Below, in pieces: positions 28,064 through 42,706 of a DNA stretch of 64,000 nucleotides. The stretch comes from an uncultured Dehalococcoidales bacterium. GTDB lineage: Bacteria; Chloroflexota; Dehalococcoidia; GIF9; UBA5629. The position numbers and the translations under genes were made by a program. The stretch's first letter is position 1, and every line of letters begins with the position of its first letter. The stretch spans positions 1,073-65,072 of the forward strand of contig CAZSED010000011.1 in NCBI GenBank assembly GCA_964605885.1, written 5' to 3'. The notes under the pieces were generated by a model, which was not told the origin of the DNA, searched no databases, and was given only the letters and a program-made list of their open reading frames with translations.

Positions 28064-30364
28064 CTACTCGGCCTGGGATGCCATCTTGCGCGCCAGCCTC
28101 ATCAGCATGCGCTGTTCGGCTGCTGCTATGTTGCGCCTTGTGATGGGAATGACATCCGGGTTGACGGATACCGATGTGATGCCCCAGTCCACCAGCTTCT
28201 CCGCGTAGTCGGGATAGTTGGAAGGCGCCTGTCCGCAGATGGAGCAGGTAATGCCCATCCTGCGGGCGGTGGTGATGATCAGTCTGATGGCGTCCAGCAC
28301 CGCCTTGTCGCGCTCGTCATACAGCGGGGCACATACCTCGCTGTCCCGGTCCACGCCCAGCACCAGCTGGGTCAGGTCGTTGGAGCCTATGGAAACGCCG
28401 GTGATGCCGGCCTTAACGTAGTCCTCCAGCCAGTAGACCACCGATGGCACCTCTGCCATGACCCACAGCTCCATCTCCCTGTCGCTGCCCAGTTCGCTGG
28501 CATCGATGATCTGCTTGCAGCGCTTCAACTCCCAGAGCGTGCGCACGAAGGGAATCATCAGGTGCAGGTTCTTGTCCTGCTCCCTGACCTTGGCCAGCAC
28601 CTTCAGCTCAAGCTCGAACAGGTCGGGATTTAGAACGTACCTGAAACAGCCGCGGAAGCCGATCATCGGGTTCTGTTCCACCGGCTCATATTTGTCGCCG
28701 CCGCGCAGGTTGCGGAACTCGTTGGTGCGAAAATCGATGGCTCGGTAGATCACCGGCCTGGGGTAGAAAGCACGCGTGAAAATGCGCAGCTTCCTCACCA
28801 TGGCATCGATGAATTGGGTGCTCTTGCCCTCTTCCATGAGCTGGCGGGGGTGAACGCCGTCGCAGGCGTCGATCACCATGAACTCAGCCCTGAGCAAGCC
28901 CACGCCTTCGACATCCTCCTTGGCTATCCTTTCCGCCTCGTGAGGCATGGCCAGGTTAACGTACAGTTTTGTGGCTGTTACCAGCGGGGCCGAGGCCGCA
29001 ACAGGAGCTTCAACCTCCGCTTTCTTATCTTCTTTCAGTTTGCCTTCGTAAACGACGCCGTGGGTTCCGTCCACCGTCACCAGCATACCGTCCTTCAGTA
29101 CCTTGGTGGCATCCCTGGTGCCGACGACGCAGGGGAGACCCATCTCACGTGAGACGATGGCCGCGTGGCAGGTCATGCCGCCGCCATCCGTAACAATGGC
29201 CGACGCTTTTTTCATCAGGGGGACCCAGTCAGGTGTTGTCATTTCCGCCACCAGGACATCCCCGCTCTCGAAGCCGTTGTCGCGGTCAGGAGACTGGAGC
29301 ACACGGACCAGCCCGCTGCCCCGGCCCGGGCTGGCTCCCAGGCCACGGATCAATTCCTTACTTTCTTCTTCCACGTGCGCTGTTGCTTCTTCCTCCTTGG
29401 CTTTTATTAAGGTGGTAATAGGCCGTGACTGTACCATATAAACCTTGCCTGCTTCAATGGCCCATTCGGTATCCTGCGGGCTGTTGTAGTGCTTCTCGAT
29501 ATTAAGTCCCAGGTTGGCCAGCTCGAGCACTTCGGCCTCGCTCAGCACCTGCTGCTCGGCCTCCTTGCTGGACAGGTTGACCTGCTTGTTCTGGCCTTTT
29601 TCATCCCGTATTATCTTAAAATTCTTGTGTGAAACCCGGATATCCTTTATCTTCTGAGTGGACTTGTCCACCTCGTAGTAGTCCGGCGATACAAGCCCGC
29701 CCACAACAACCTCCCCCAGGCCGAAGGCGCCCTCGATGACCAGGCTGGACAGGTTGCTGGTGCTGGGGTTGGCCGTGAACATCACGCCGGCCTTCTCGGA
29801 GTTGACCATCTTCTGCACCACCACGGCAATCTCCGGCTCATCCAGCAGTTGCTGCTTGGCACGATAAAATACCACTCGTGCGCCGTAAAGCGACGCCCAG
29901 CATCCCTTAACATTCCTGATCAGGTCTTCTTTGCCATGAACATTCAGGAACGTGGCGTTCATGCCGGCGAAGGAGGCTTGATCCGAGTCCTCCATGGTGG
30001 CCGATGACCTGACGGCCACGAACTCGGCCTTCACGCCGTTTCTCTTGGAGAGCTCCTCATAGGCCTTGATGATCTCGTTCCGGATAATAGTCGGCATCTC
30101 CATGCCGGCAATCATCTCCTGTATCTCCTTGGCCCTGGCCTGCAGCGCCGATGTATCATCGACGTCCAGCCCCTCAATGGCATGGGCGATCTTGTTGGAC
30201 AGGCCGCTTTCTCCGATAGCCAGAAGATAGGCCTGCGCCGATATTACGAAGCCCGGCGGTACGGGCAGGCCAGCTTTCACAAGCTCTCCCAGGTTGGCGC
30301 CCTTGCCACCCGCCTTACTTACGTCTGCTTTGCTCAGATCCTCAAACCATTTGACTATTTCCAC
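28064..30364 (-). CDS. ppsA: Phosphoenolpyruvate synthase (pyruvate, water dikinase).
   Basis: N-terminal ATP-grasp KAGGKGANLGELVKAGLPVPPGF, a central mobile His domain (GGMTCHAAIVSREMGLPCVVG) and a C-terminal PEP-utilising TIM barrel. Length 766 aa. Confidence 0.85.
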   Translation of the reverse strand: MEIVKWFEDLSKADVSKAGGKGANLGELVKAGLPVPPGFVISAQAYLLAIGESGLSNKIAHAIEGLDVDDTSALQARAKEIQEMIAGMEMPTIIRNEIIKAYEELSKRNGVKAEFVAVRSSATMEDSDQASFAGMNATFLNVHGKEDLIRNVKGCWASLYGARVVFYRAKQQLLDEPEIAVVVQKMVNSEKAGVMFTANPSTSNLSSLVIEGAFGLGEVVVGGLVSPDYYEVDKSTQKIKDIRVSHKNFKIIRDEKGQNKQVNLSSKEAEQQVLSEAEVLELANLGLNIEKHYNSPQDTEWAIEAGKVYMVQSRPITTLIKAKEEEATAHVEEESKELIRGLGASPGRGSGLVRVLQSPDRDNGFESGDVLVAEMTTPDWVPLMKKASAIVTDGGGMTCHAAIVSREMGLPCVVGTRDATKVLKDGMLVTVDGTHGVVYEGKLKEDKKAEVEAPVAASAPLVTATKLYVNLAMPHEAERIAKEDVEGVGLLRAEFMVIDACDGVHPRQLMEEGKSTQFIDAMVRKLRIFTRAFYPRPVIYRAIDFRTNEFRNLRGGDKYEPVEQNPMIGFRGCFRYVLNPDLFELELKVLAKVREQDKNLHLMIPFVRTLWELKRCKQIIDASELGSDREMELWVMAEVPSVVYWLEDYVKAGITGVSIGSNDLTQLVLGVDRDSEVCAPLYDERDKAVLDAIRLIITTARRMGITCSICGQAPSNYPDYAEKLVDWGITSVSVNPDVIPITRRNIAAAEQRMLMRLARKMASQAE

Positions 30365-30469
30365 GGGTTAACCTCCTGCATCAATTGAGAAATACCAAGT
30401 GCAATATTCCGGGATAGCTTACTGTGACCTTGGACGTACGAGATTTGCGGCAGCATAGGCATATCGGTC

Positions 30470-31450
30470 TTACAGCGATAATATGGGTATATATTGCAGG
30501 TACCGCGCATCTATATTCTTTTTCTTTTCCCAGGTGTCCCTAAAAGGCGTATAGACAATCTCGCTCTGGATCTCACCGACAGCATGCCCCTCCTTCCCCT
30601 TAAGCAGGCCCTCCACCGCAGCTATTCCCAGGTTGCTCGCCAGGATCCTGTCGATGGCTATGGGCGATCCGCCCCTCTGTATGTGCCCCAGCGTGCAAAC
30701 CCGGCATTCGACCTTCAACCTCATCTCAACGTATTTTGCAATATTAATGGTGTCTTCAAGCTGGTTCCCCTCAGCAACCACGATGATACTGCTCCTCTTG
30801 CCGCGCTTGAAGCTGTCTTTCAAATTCTGGCACAGCTCCTCAATATCTGTTTTTTGCTCCGGTAAAATAATTTGCTCGGCGCCACCGGCTACGCCGACCT
30901 CCAGGGCGATGAACCCGCTTTTCCTGCCCATCACCTCCACAAAAAATATCCTGTCGAAGGCGCTGGCAGTATCCCTGATGCGGTCTATAGCGTCCAGCGC
31001 AGTATTGACCGCCGTGTTAAAGCCTATGGAGTAGTCGCTGCCCCATATGTCGTTATCAATCGTCCCCGGGATACCGATGAACTTAATGTCGCTCTCATCC
31101 CCCAGGGCTAATGCCCCCTGGAAAGAGCCGTCGCCGCCGATGACGACGCAGGCGTCTATCTCCTCCTCCTCGAGCGCCTTGATGGCCTTTTTTCTCCCAT
31201 CGACTGTGTACATATCGCTGCAGCGGGAGGTTTCAAGTATGGTGCCTCCCCTCTGTATTATATTGGCTACCGAACGGCGGTTGAACTTGACGAACTCACG
31301 ATTAATCAAGCCGGCAAAGCCCCTGCGTATGCCGGTTATCTCCAGGCCGTGGAACACCGCACAGCGCACCACCGCCCGGATGCTGGCATTCATGCCGGGC
31401 GCATCGCCCCCGCTGGTCAGCACCCCCACCTTCTTGATTTCTTTTTTCAT
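30470..31450 (-). CDS. pfkA: ATP-dependent 6-phosphofructokinase.
   Basis: VGVLTSGGDAPGMNASIRAVVR and GGDGSFQGA motifs. Confidence 0.9.
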   Translation of the reverse strand: MKKEIKKVGVLTSGGDAPGMNASIRAVVRCAVFHGLEITGIRRGFAGLINREFVKFNRRSVANIIQRGGTILETSRCSDMYTVDGRKKAIKALEEEEIDACVVIGGDGSFQGALALGDESDIKFIGIPGTIDNDIWGSDYSIGFNTAVNTALDAIDRIRDTASAFDRIFFVEVMGRKSGFIALEVGVAGGAEQIILPEQKTDIEELCQNLKDSFKRGKRSSIIVVAEGNQLEDTINIAKYVEMRLKVECRVCTLGHIQRGGSPIAIDRILASNLGIAAVEGLLKGKEGHAVGEIQSEIVYTPFRDTWEKKKNIDARYLQYIPILSL

Positions 31451-31496
31451 CCTTAGCTAATAACTTATCAAATTTGTATTATAAACACAATACAGC

Positions 31497-31519
31497 TAGA
31501 AAAACCGGCGGCTTGCCGG
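31497..31519 (-). terminator. Candidate intrinsic terminator downstream of glgP.
   Basis: Minus-strand hairpin CCGGCaagCCGCCGG followed by TTTTTCT. Confidence 0.35.
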
Positions 31520-31527
31520 ACGGAAGG

Positions 31528-33666
31528 TCATTGACCCGTCGTTGAACTGGCCAGTGCCTTTATGTAAAACCGTTCGGTGTATTCCTTGGCCATCCTGGAG
31601 GTATTGAAGAAGGGCGTATTGGTGCGAATGGTCTCCTTCATCATTTTGATCCACTGGCGGGGTATTCCACTGGTATCCCGCTCATAGTAAAGCGGTATCA
31701 CCTGCTCCTCCAGCAGGTCGTAGATTTTGGCCGCCGTGCGGTTGTCCTGCTCAGCGGGATCCAGGCCTTCCTCCTCCTGGATGGCCCAGCCGTTAAGGCC
31801 GTTATAGCCCTCGAACCACCAGCCGTCCAGCACGCTCAAATTGAGCACTCCGTTGGACGAGGCCTTCTGCCCGCTGGTGCCGCTGGCCTCCATCAGCGTG
31901 CGCGGTGTATTCAGCCAGACATCAACGCCAGCGATCAGGTCACGCGCCAGGTGCATATCGTAGTCTTCCACGAAGGCGATGCGCCCGCAGTAGTCCGGAT
32001 TCTTGGCCAGGTTGTAGACCTGCTGGATCAGCCGCTTGCCGTCCTCGTCGTTGGGATGGGCCTTGCCGGCGAAGACTATCTGCACCGGCTGCAGGTCCCT
32101 GTTCAGTATCTTCTTGAGCCTCTCCTGGTCCCTCAGTATCAGGCTGGCGCGTTTGTAGCCGGTAAAGCGCCGGCTGAAGCCGATGGTCAACGCCTCGGTA
32201 TCCAGCAGCGCACCCATGGCCAGCGGCTGCACTGGGGACACCTTGTCCCTGCCCCATCGCTGGCGCGCACGGTCCAGTATGGATCTGATCAGCTTCAGCT
32301 TGAGCCAGCGGCGCATCTGCCACACGATGTCATCCGGGATATTTTTTACGTTTTCCCACAGAGCAGGATCGTCCTGCCTGTCCACCCAGTCTTTCCCCAG
32401 GAACTGGCTGTAAAGCAGCTGGAACTGGGGCGAGACCCAGGTCTGTGCATGGATTCCGTTGGTAATCGATTCTATAGGCACATCATTCTCGGCCAGGTCC
32501 GGCCATAGCCCGTGCCACATTTTGCGGCAGACCTGCCCGTGAAGCTTGCTCACGCCGTTCCTGTATCCTGCCAGCTTCAGTCCCAGCACCGTCATGTTGA
32601 AGGAAGCGCCCTGGCCGTCCATGATCCCCAGGTTTATGAACTGGTCATGGCTGAGCTTGAGCTGGCCCCAGTAGTTATGGAAATACTTGTCCACCAAATC
32701 GGGGGCGAAGGTGTCATTACCGGCCGGGACCGGCGTGTGGGTGGTGAAGACCGTGGTGGCCTGCACATTGCCCATGGCCTGATCCACCGGCATGCCCCCG
32801 GCGACAAGCTCGCGTATTCTCTCAACCATCATAAAGGAGGTGTGCCCCTCGTTGGCATGCCAGACAGTCGGATTAAAGCCCAGTGCGCGCAATATGCGCA
32901 CGCCGCCGATGCCGATTACCAGCTCCTGCAGCAGGCGCATCTCCCTGTCGCCTCCGTACAGCCTGGCAGAGAGGCTGCGGTAGGCCTGCGGGTTCTCCGG
33001 CAGGTTGGTGTCCAGCAGGTAGAGGTTGACCCGGCCCAGTTTAAGCAGCCAGGCGGCCACGTGTATGGATACGCTGTCCAGCGGGACCTGTACGGTGAGC
33101 AGCTTGCCATGCTTGTCCAGCACGCGCGATAGCGCCACGTCGTTAAAATCCAGCTGGTCGTATACCTCGTTCTGCCAGCCGTCCTGCGAGATGAACTGGT
33201 GAAAATAGCCCTGAGGGTACATGAAGCCCACGCCCACCATGGGTATGCCCAGGTCGCTGGCCTCCTTGCAATAATCGCCGGCCAGCACGCCCAGGCCGCC
33301 GGCATACAGCGGCAGCGAGTTGTGCACGGCAAATTCAAGCGAGAAATAAGCTATGAGCCTGTTATGATAGTCCGGGTATGTCCTGGCAAACCAGGTGCCG
33401 GTGGAGGAAAGGCTACTATTAAATTCGGAGAGCGTCTGGTCGTAGCCGGCCAGGTAGGCGGCATCACCGGCGCTGGCCACCAGGCGGAAATAAGGTATAT
33501 TCTTCAGCAGCTTGACAGGGTTATGGCCGTCGGACTTCCAGAGGGAGCGGTCGAGCTCCTTAAATACGTCGCGGGCGTCCGGATGCCAGCTCCACCAGAG
33601 ATTATAGGCAAGCTCATTAAGTCCCTGTATGCGTTCGGGGAGGTTCAGTTTAGTAGTGGAATCCAT
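31528..33666 (-). CDS. glgP: Alpha-glucan (glycogen/maltodextrin) phosphorylase of the GT35 short type.
   Basis: Length 712 aa. N-terminal DUF3417-like region and a phosphorylase core with LAGYRNGVSKLHG, TNGIHAQTWV and FSRRFTGYKRA motifs. Confidence 0.8.
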   Translation of the reverse strand: MDSTTKLNLPERIQGLNELAYNLWWSWHPDARDVFKELDRSLWKSDGHNPVKLLKNIPYFRLVASAGDAAYLAGYDQTLSEFNSSLSSTGTWFARTYPDYHNRLIAYFSLEFAVHNSLPLYAGGLGVLAGDYCKEASDLGIPMVGVGFMYPQGYFHQFISQDGWQNEVYDQLDFNDVALSRVLDKHGKLLTVQVPLDSVSIHVAAWLLKLGRVNLYLLDTNLPENPQAYRSLSARLYGGDREMRLLQELVIGIGGVRILRALGFNPTVWHANEGHTSFMMVERIRELVAGGMPVDQAMGNVQATTVFTTHTPVPAGNDTFAPDLVDKYFHNYWGQLKLSHDQFINLGIMDGQGASFNMTVLGLKLAGYRNGVSKLHGQVCRKMWHGLWPDLAENDVPIESITNGIHAQTWVSPQFQLLYSQFLGKDWVDRQDDPALWENVKNIPDDIVWQMRRWLKLKLIRSILDRARQRWGRDKVSPVQPLAMGALLDTEALTIGFSRRFTGYKRASLILRDQERLKKILNRDLQPVQIVFAGKAHPNDEDGKRLIQQVYNLAKNPDYCGRIAFVEDYDMHLARDLIAGVDVWLNTPRTLMEASGTSGQKASSNGVLNLSVLDGWWFEGYNGLNGWAIQEEEGLDPAEQDNRTAAKIYDLLEEQVIPLYYERDTSGIPRQWIKMMKETIRTNTPFFNTSRMAKEYTERFYIKALASSTTGQ

Positions 33667-33837
33667 ATGCAGTCTGGTCCGCCTGTATCGACATCTCCAT
33701 TTATCGGTGACTGTTAATTATAGGCAATGGCAGGCAGCGTGGCAATCCCAATGCCGCCTGCGCCTGAGAAGGTTGCCTTTCTAACGGAAACTGCGCTCAA
33801 TCTATGACGAGAAGCCCGTCCGTCCCGAGGGCGTCTG

Positions 33838-33895
33838 AGAGGGGCTTCAAAGCCCCTCTTCAAAAAATCATCACCCTCTCCCTCGAGGGAGAGGG
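33838..33895. repeat. Two perfect GC-rich palindromes, AGAGGGGCTT-ca-AAGCCCCTCT and CCCTCTCCCTCGAGGGAGAGGG, in the glgP/hypB intergenic region.
   Basis: Read directly: 33838-33859 and 33874-33895. They are separated by an A6 run and are not followed by a T-tract on the plus strand. Confidence 0.6.
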
Positions 33896-33919
33896 CAGGG
33901 AGTGGGTGAGCCAAATCCT

Positions 33920-33948
33920 TTGCGCACAAAGTATTAAGGCTGTATACT
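33920..33948 (+). promoter_or_regulatory. Candidate promoter TTGCGC-N17-TATACT for hypBA, overlapping the palindrome CTTTGcgcaCAAAG.
   Basis: -35 at 33920-33925 and -10 at 33943-33948, about 33 nt upstream of the hypB ATG. Confidence 0.35.
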
Positions 33949-33980
33949 AAACCCGTATCCAATAAAACGAGGAAGACCCC

Positions 33981-34652
33981 ATGAAAATAAACGTGATGCA
34001 GGACGTGCTCCAGGCCAATGACCGCATAGCCGGTGAGAACAGGGCGCTGTTTAAAAAGAATAAGAACCTGGTGCTCAACCTGATGAGCTCACCCGGCGCC
34101 GGCAAGACCTCCTTGCTGGAAAAGACCGCCGAGAAGCTGGCCGGCAAGCTCAGGCTGGGCGTGGTGGTGGGCGACATCGAGACCACCCGTGACGCCGACC
34201 GCATCAGCAAGTACAACGTCCCCGCCATCCAGCTTACCACCGGGAACGCCTGCCACCTTGACGCCAACATGGTGGCCTCGGCGCTGCCGCACATGCCGCT
34301 GGACAAAATAGACGTGCTGGTGGTGGAGAACGTGGGCAACCTGGTCTGCCCGGCCGAGTTCGTGGTGGGCGAAGACCACAAGATCATGATACTCAGCGTC
34401 ACCGAGGGCGACGAGAAGCCGCTCAAGTACCCGCTGATGTTCCACGAGTCTGCGCTGATGCTCATAAACAAGATTGACCTGGTGCAATACACCAATTTCA
34501 AAATCGACGAAGCTAAAGCCAACGCACGCAAGATAAATCCTGACATAGACATCATTGAGATTTCCTGCACCACGGGTGAGGGGCTGGACAGGTGGGTGGA
34601 CTGGCTGGTAGCCCACCACCGCAAGAAGCTGGACGGGCTGAAAAATGCATGA
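33981..34652 (+). CDS. hypB: Hydrogenase nickel-incorporation GTPase HypB.
   Basis: P-loop SSPGAGKTSLLEK and the signature ENVGNLVCPA. It lacks an N-terminal His-stretch. Confidence 0.9.
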   Translation: MKINVMQDVLQANDRIAGENRALFKKNKNLVLNLMSSPGAGKTSLLEKTAEKLAGKLRLGVVVGDIETTRDADRISKYNVPAIQLTTGNACHLDANMVASALPHMPLDKIDVLVVENVGNLVCPAEFVVGEDHKIMILSVTEGDEKPLKYPLMFHESALMLINKIDLVQYTNFKIDEAKANARKINPDIDIIEISCTTGEGLDRWVDWLVAHHRKKLDGLKNA

Positions 34653-34986
34653 GATGGGCATCGCCCAGAACATACTTGAGATAGCCCTAGACGCGGCCAA
34701 AAAGGAAGGTGCCACCAGGATAACCAGGATCAACATGGTAGTGGGGGAGCTGCGCGGCATCGTACCACTTCAGCTTACCTTCTGTTTCAGCATCGTCGCC
34801 CAGGACACCATGGCCGCCGGCGCTTTTCTCAACGTGGAGGAGGTCCCGGTCAGCGGCCATTGCAATGACTGCCAGTCCGACTTCTCGGTCGAGGAATACC
34901 AGTACCTCTGCCCCAAGTGCAGCAGCACCAACATCCAGATCACGGGCGGCACCGAGCTGCGCGTCAAAGACATAGAGATAGAGTAG
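34645..34986 (+). CDS. hypA: Hydrogenase maturation nickel metallochaperone HypA.
   Basis: MHEMGIAQNILEI N-terminus and a Zn site CNDC...CPKC. It overlaps hypB by 8 nt. Confidence 0.9.
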   Translation: MHEMGIAQNILEIALDAAKKEGATRITRINMVVGELRGIVPLQLTFCFSIVAQDTMAAGAFLNVEEVPVSGHCNDCQSDFSVEEYQYLCPKCSSTNIQITGGTELRVKDIEIE

Positions 34987-34989
34987 CTC

Positions 34990-35020
34990 TTGACTCTCCA
35001 TCCGATGGAGATTTTATACT
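34990..35020 (+). promoter_or_regulatory. Small hairpin CTCCATccgATGGAG with a T-rich tail after hypA, overlapping a promoter-like TTGACT-N19-TATACT for the acyltransferase gene.
   Basis: Read directly. This is a weak terminator and/or a promoter. Confidence 0.3.
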
Positions 35021-35050
35021 GGTAAAACTCAACCACGACAGGAGGGTTCC

Positions 35051-36211
35051 ATGCAAGAGACAGAGCAGAGGCGTTATGACCTGGACTGGCTGCGCGTAAT
35101 CACCATCTTCCTGTTCTTCCTTTACGGCTGTGCGCGCTTCTTCACTTCCGACTGGTGGTTCTTCAAGAACGACCCTGCCAATGACACGTTACTGCGCGCC
35201 CTGTGCCGCTACTCGGATTTCTGGCAGATGCCCATGCTCTTCCTCATCGCCGGCTGCACCGCCTGGTATTCGCTGGGCATCCGGCCATGGCGCCAGTTCA
35301 TAAAGGAGAGGCTGCTGCGGCTGGGTGTGCCCGTAGTATTCGGCACCCTTATCCTCGTGCCTCCCATCATCTACCTGGCCAGGGTGATGGACGGCAGCTT
35401 CGCCGGCAGCCTGTTTGAGTTCTATCCCCAGTTTTTCGTCGGCTGGTATTCCCAGCTCGTGGAGTCGACTGGCAATTTCAGCTGGGGCAGCATGTGGCTG
35501 CTGCTCTACCTGCTGGTGGCGACACTGGTCATACTGCCACTGCTGGTTTACCTGCGCGGCGACCGCGGCAAGAAGGCCGTGGACGCGCTGGCCCGGTTCA
35601 CAGCTAAGCCGGGCGCCATCCTGCTCTATGCACTGCCCTTGTCCCTGGTGCTGTGGGCCCTGATACCCATCTTCCCGCACGACTTCAGCCTGTATAAGGA
35701 CTGGGCGCTGTTCCTCTTCTACCTGCTTTTCTTCTTCTACGGCTTCCTGTTTTGCACGGATGTACGCTTCTGGCAGGCCATCGATAAGCAGAAGGGCTGG
35801 ATGTTCGGGCTGTCCATCGCCCTTTCCATCTGGTGGTTTGTCAATGCCATACTAAAAATATCCGGCGAGCCCTACTCGCTGACCCAGCTTGCGCTCACCA
35901 CCCTCTACTGCCTGACCTCGCTCGCTTACGTGCTGACGCTGCTGGGGTACGCCTATAAGTACCTGCAGTCCGGCAGCCGTTTCCTGTCTTACTCCGCCGA
36001 GGCCTGGCTGCCTTTCTATGTCCTGCACCTGACGGTCATCGTGGTGCTGGCTTTTATCGTCGTGCAGTGGGACATGGAGGTGTGGGGGAAATTCCTGCTG
36101 CTGGCGCTTCTATCCTTCGCAGTGATCATGCTCATCTATGAATTCGTCATCAAGAGGGTGAATGTAATACGGCTGCTCTTCGGCATGCCTATGAAGCCCA
36201 AGAAGAAAAAA

Positions 36212-36220
<9 letters not shown>
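35051..36220 (+). CDS. Acyltransferase family 3 integral membrane protein.
   Basis: N-terminal [14 protein letters not shown] matches the RxxxLDxLRxxA motif of Acyl_transf_3. About 10 TM segments. Confidence 0.7.
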
Positions 36221-39073
<2,853 letters not shown>

Positions 39074-39188
39074 TTGAATTGTTCGCCGGAATAAGTCCTT
39101 ATATTTTAGCACCCGCCACATACACAGGCATAAAAGCAGGAGGCCGGCTTATACGCCGGCCTCCCTGTCGTTCAATGATTATCCTTCG

Positions 39189-40454
39189 TCAGGCTTTCTT
39201 GGGAGGTTTGAGAAGGAATACGGAAAGCAGTATGGCAACAAAGGCCAGCGCGGCGGTGATGATGAAGGCCTTGCTGTAATCGCCGAACATGTCCTTGGCC
39301 AGGCCCGAGATGAGACCGCCCAGCAGGGCGCCTATGCCATAGGCAAAGAAGACCACGCCGTAGTTGCGCGCATAATGCGTTGCGCCGAAGAAGGTGGTAG
39401 TGGAGGTTGGCGCAATGGCCAGCCAGCCGCCCAGGCACAGCCACAGGCCGCAGAAGCAGGCGATATAGAGTGCCGTCGTGCCCTGGCCCGCCTGCAGCAT
39501 GGCCAGCGCAGCGACCAGTATGACGGCCAGCGATACGACAGCCGCCCAGCGCGGTGTGATCCTGTCGGTAAGCCAGCCGAAGACAGGCCTGCCGATGCCG
39601 TTGAAGATGGCGAAAACGCCCACCAGCACAGCGGCGGTGGCCGCATCGATCTTGATGACCTCCGTTCCAACCGGGCTGGATATGCCGATGGCCATCAGGC
39701 CCGCCAGGCAGCCAATGGTGTAGGACAGGAACAGGCCCCAGAAGGTCCCTGTTTTCATCATTTGAGATGTGTTCAGTTCGGCTGCTGCACCCACGGCCGA
39801 TGCCTTGGGCGTCCAGCCGGCAGGTTTCCAGCCGGCGACGGGGAACTTGAGGGGAAGTGAAAGCAATATTACGATGATGAGGAAAGCAATGCCCATGGAA
39901 AGGAAGGTGAAGAGCGGGCCGCTGCTCTTGATGAGAGCGCTGGCAACATTGGCGCTGATAAAAGGCGAGCCGCCGAAGCCGGCCAGCGTCAGGCCCACAG
40001 CCAGGCCCTTCTTATCGGGGAACCAGCGTGCCGCAACCGCAATGGGGCCGCCATAAGCCAGTCCCACGCCTGCGCCGCCGATCACGCCGTAGGTCAATAC
40101 TACAGCCCAGATGCTGGGCCAGACATTGGGGAGCACGCCCGCCAGCAGCCAGCCCAGGCCGACCAGTATGCCGCCCACTATGCCGAGCTTGCGCGGTCCC
40201 AGCCTGTCCAGAACACGGCCGCCGAAGAACATCAGCAGTGCGAAGAAGGCCAGGAAGATCATGAACGGCAGGTTGCCCTCCATCGAGCCCACGGTGACAT
40301 TCTGCGTCTTGGCGAACCAGTCCTGCAGGGGTTTCTTGAACACGCTGAAGGCGTAGACACTGCCCAGGCATATATTGATGATGAAGCCCAGAAAAATAAA
40401 TATCCAGCGACCGCTCTCCGCCTTCATGCCGAATACTTTAGAATCTTCAGCCAT
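39189..40454 (-). CDS. MFS transporter of the oxalate/formate antiporter (OFA) family.
   Basis: N-terminal SGRWIFIFLGFIINICLGSVYAFSVF signature. 12 predicted TM segments. Positioned directly downstream of acs. Confidence 0.75.
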   Translation of the reverse strand: MAEDSKVFGMKAESGRWIFIFLGFIINICLGSVYAFSVFKKPLQDWFAKTQNVTVGSMEGNLPFMIFLAFFALLMFFGGRVLDRLGPRKLGIVGGILVGLGWLLAGVLPNVWPSIWAVVLTYGVIGGAGVGLAYGGPIAVAARWFPDKKGLAVGLTLAGFGGSPFISANVASALIKSSGPLFTFLSMGIAFLIIVILLSLPLKFPVAGWKPAGWTPKASAVGAAAELNTSQMMKTGTFWGLFLSYTIGCLAGLMAIGISSPVGTEVIKIDAATAAVLVGVFAIFNGIGRPVFGWLTDRITPRWAAVVSLAVILVAALAMLQAGQGTTALYIACFCGLWLCLGGWLAIAPTSTTTFFGATHYARNYGVVFFAYGIGALLGGLISGLAKDMFGDYSKAFIITAALAFVAILLSVFLLKPPKKA

Positions 40455-40544
40455 AATCTGCAGTCTCCTCCTGAAAAATCGACTCGTAATCTATAGAGAT
40501 AGAAAAACGGCGCTGCCGGTGGGCAGCGCCGTTTGGAATCCGGG

Positions 40545-42524
<1,980 letters not shown>

Positions 42525-42613
42525 AGACTGCTGATGATCCTCCTTTATGTTATTTCATGTAATGGGCAGTTATTTATTTCCGCATGTATTTATGGAACAG
42601 GTAACTGGCTCAT

Positions 42614-42650
42614 AAAAAAGCGGTGAACACCTTATACCACTGTTCACCGC
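42614..42650 (-). terminator. Intrinsic terminator downstream of the AI-2E transporter gene.
   Basis: Minus-strand hairpin GCGGTGAACA-11 nt loop-TGTTCACCGC followed by TTTTTTAT. Confidence 0.65.
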
Positions 42651-42706
42651 ATAACATAATCCAAACGGAAATAATACAGTAAGGGACTATGCCTGTCAAG
42701 CTTGCA

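Noticed and set aside
33714-33962. 82 aa minus-strand ORF in the glgP-hypB intergenic region.
   Set aside because: It is built across two GC-rich palindromes and a predicted promoter. It has no RBS, and its low-complexity translation reflects the palindromes.
33947-34760. Two 220+ aa minus-strand ORFs (33947-34624 and 34089-34760).
   Set aside because: They are antisense to hypB, whose P-loop and ENVGNLVCPA signature are clear.
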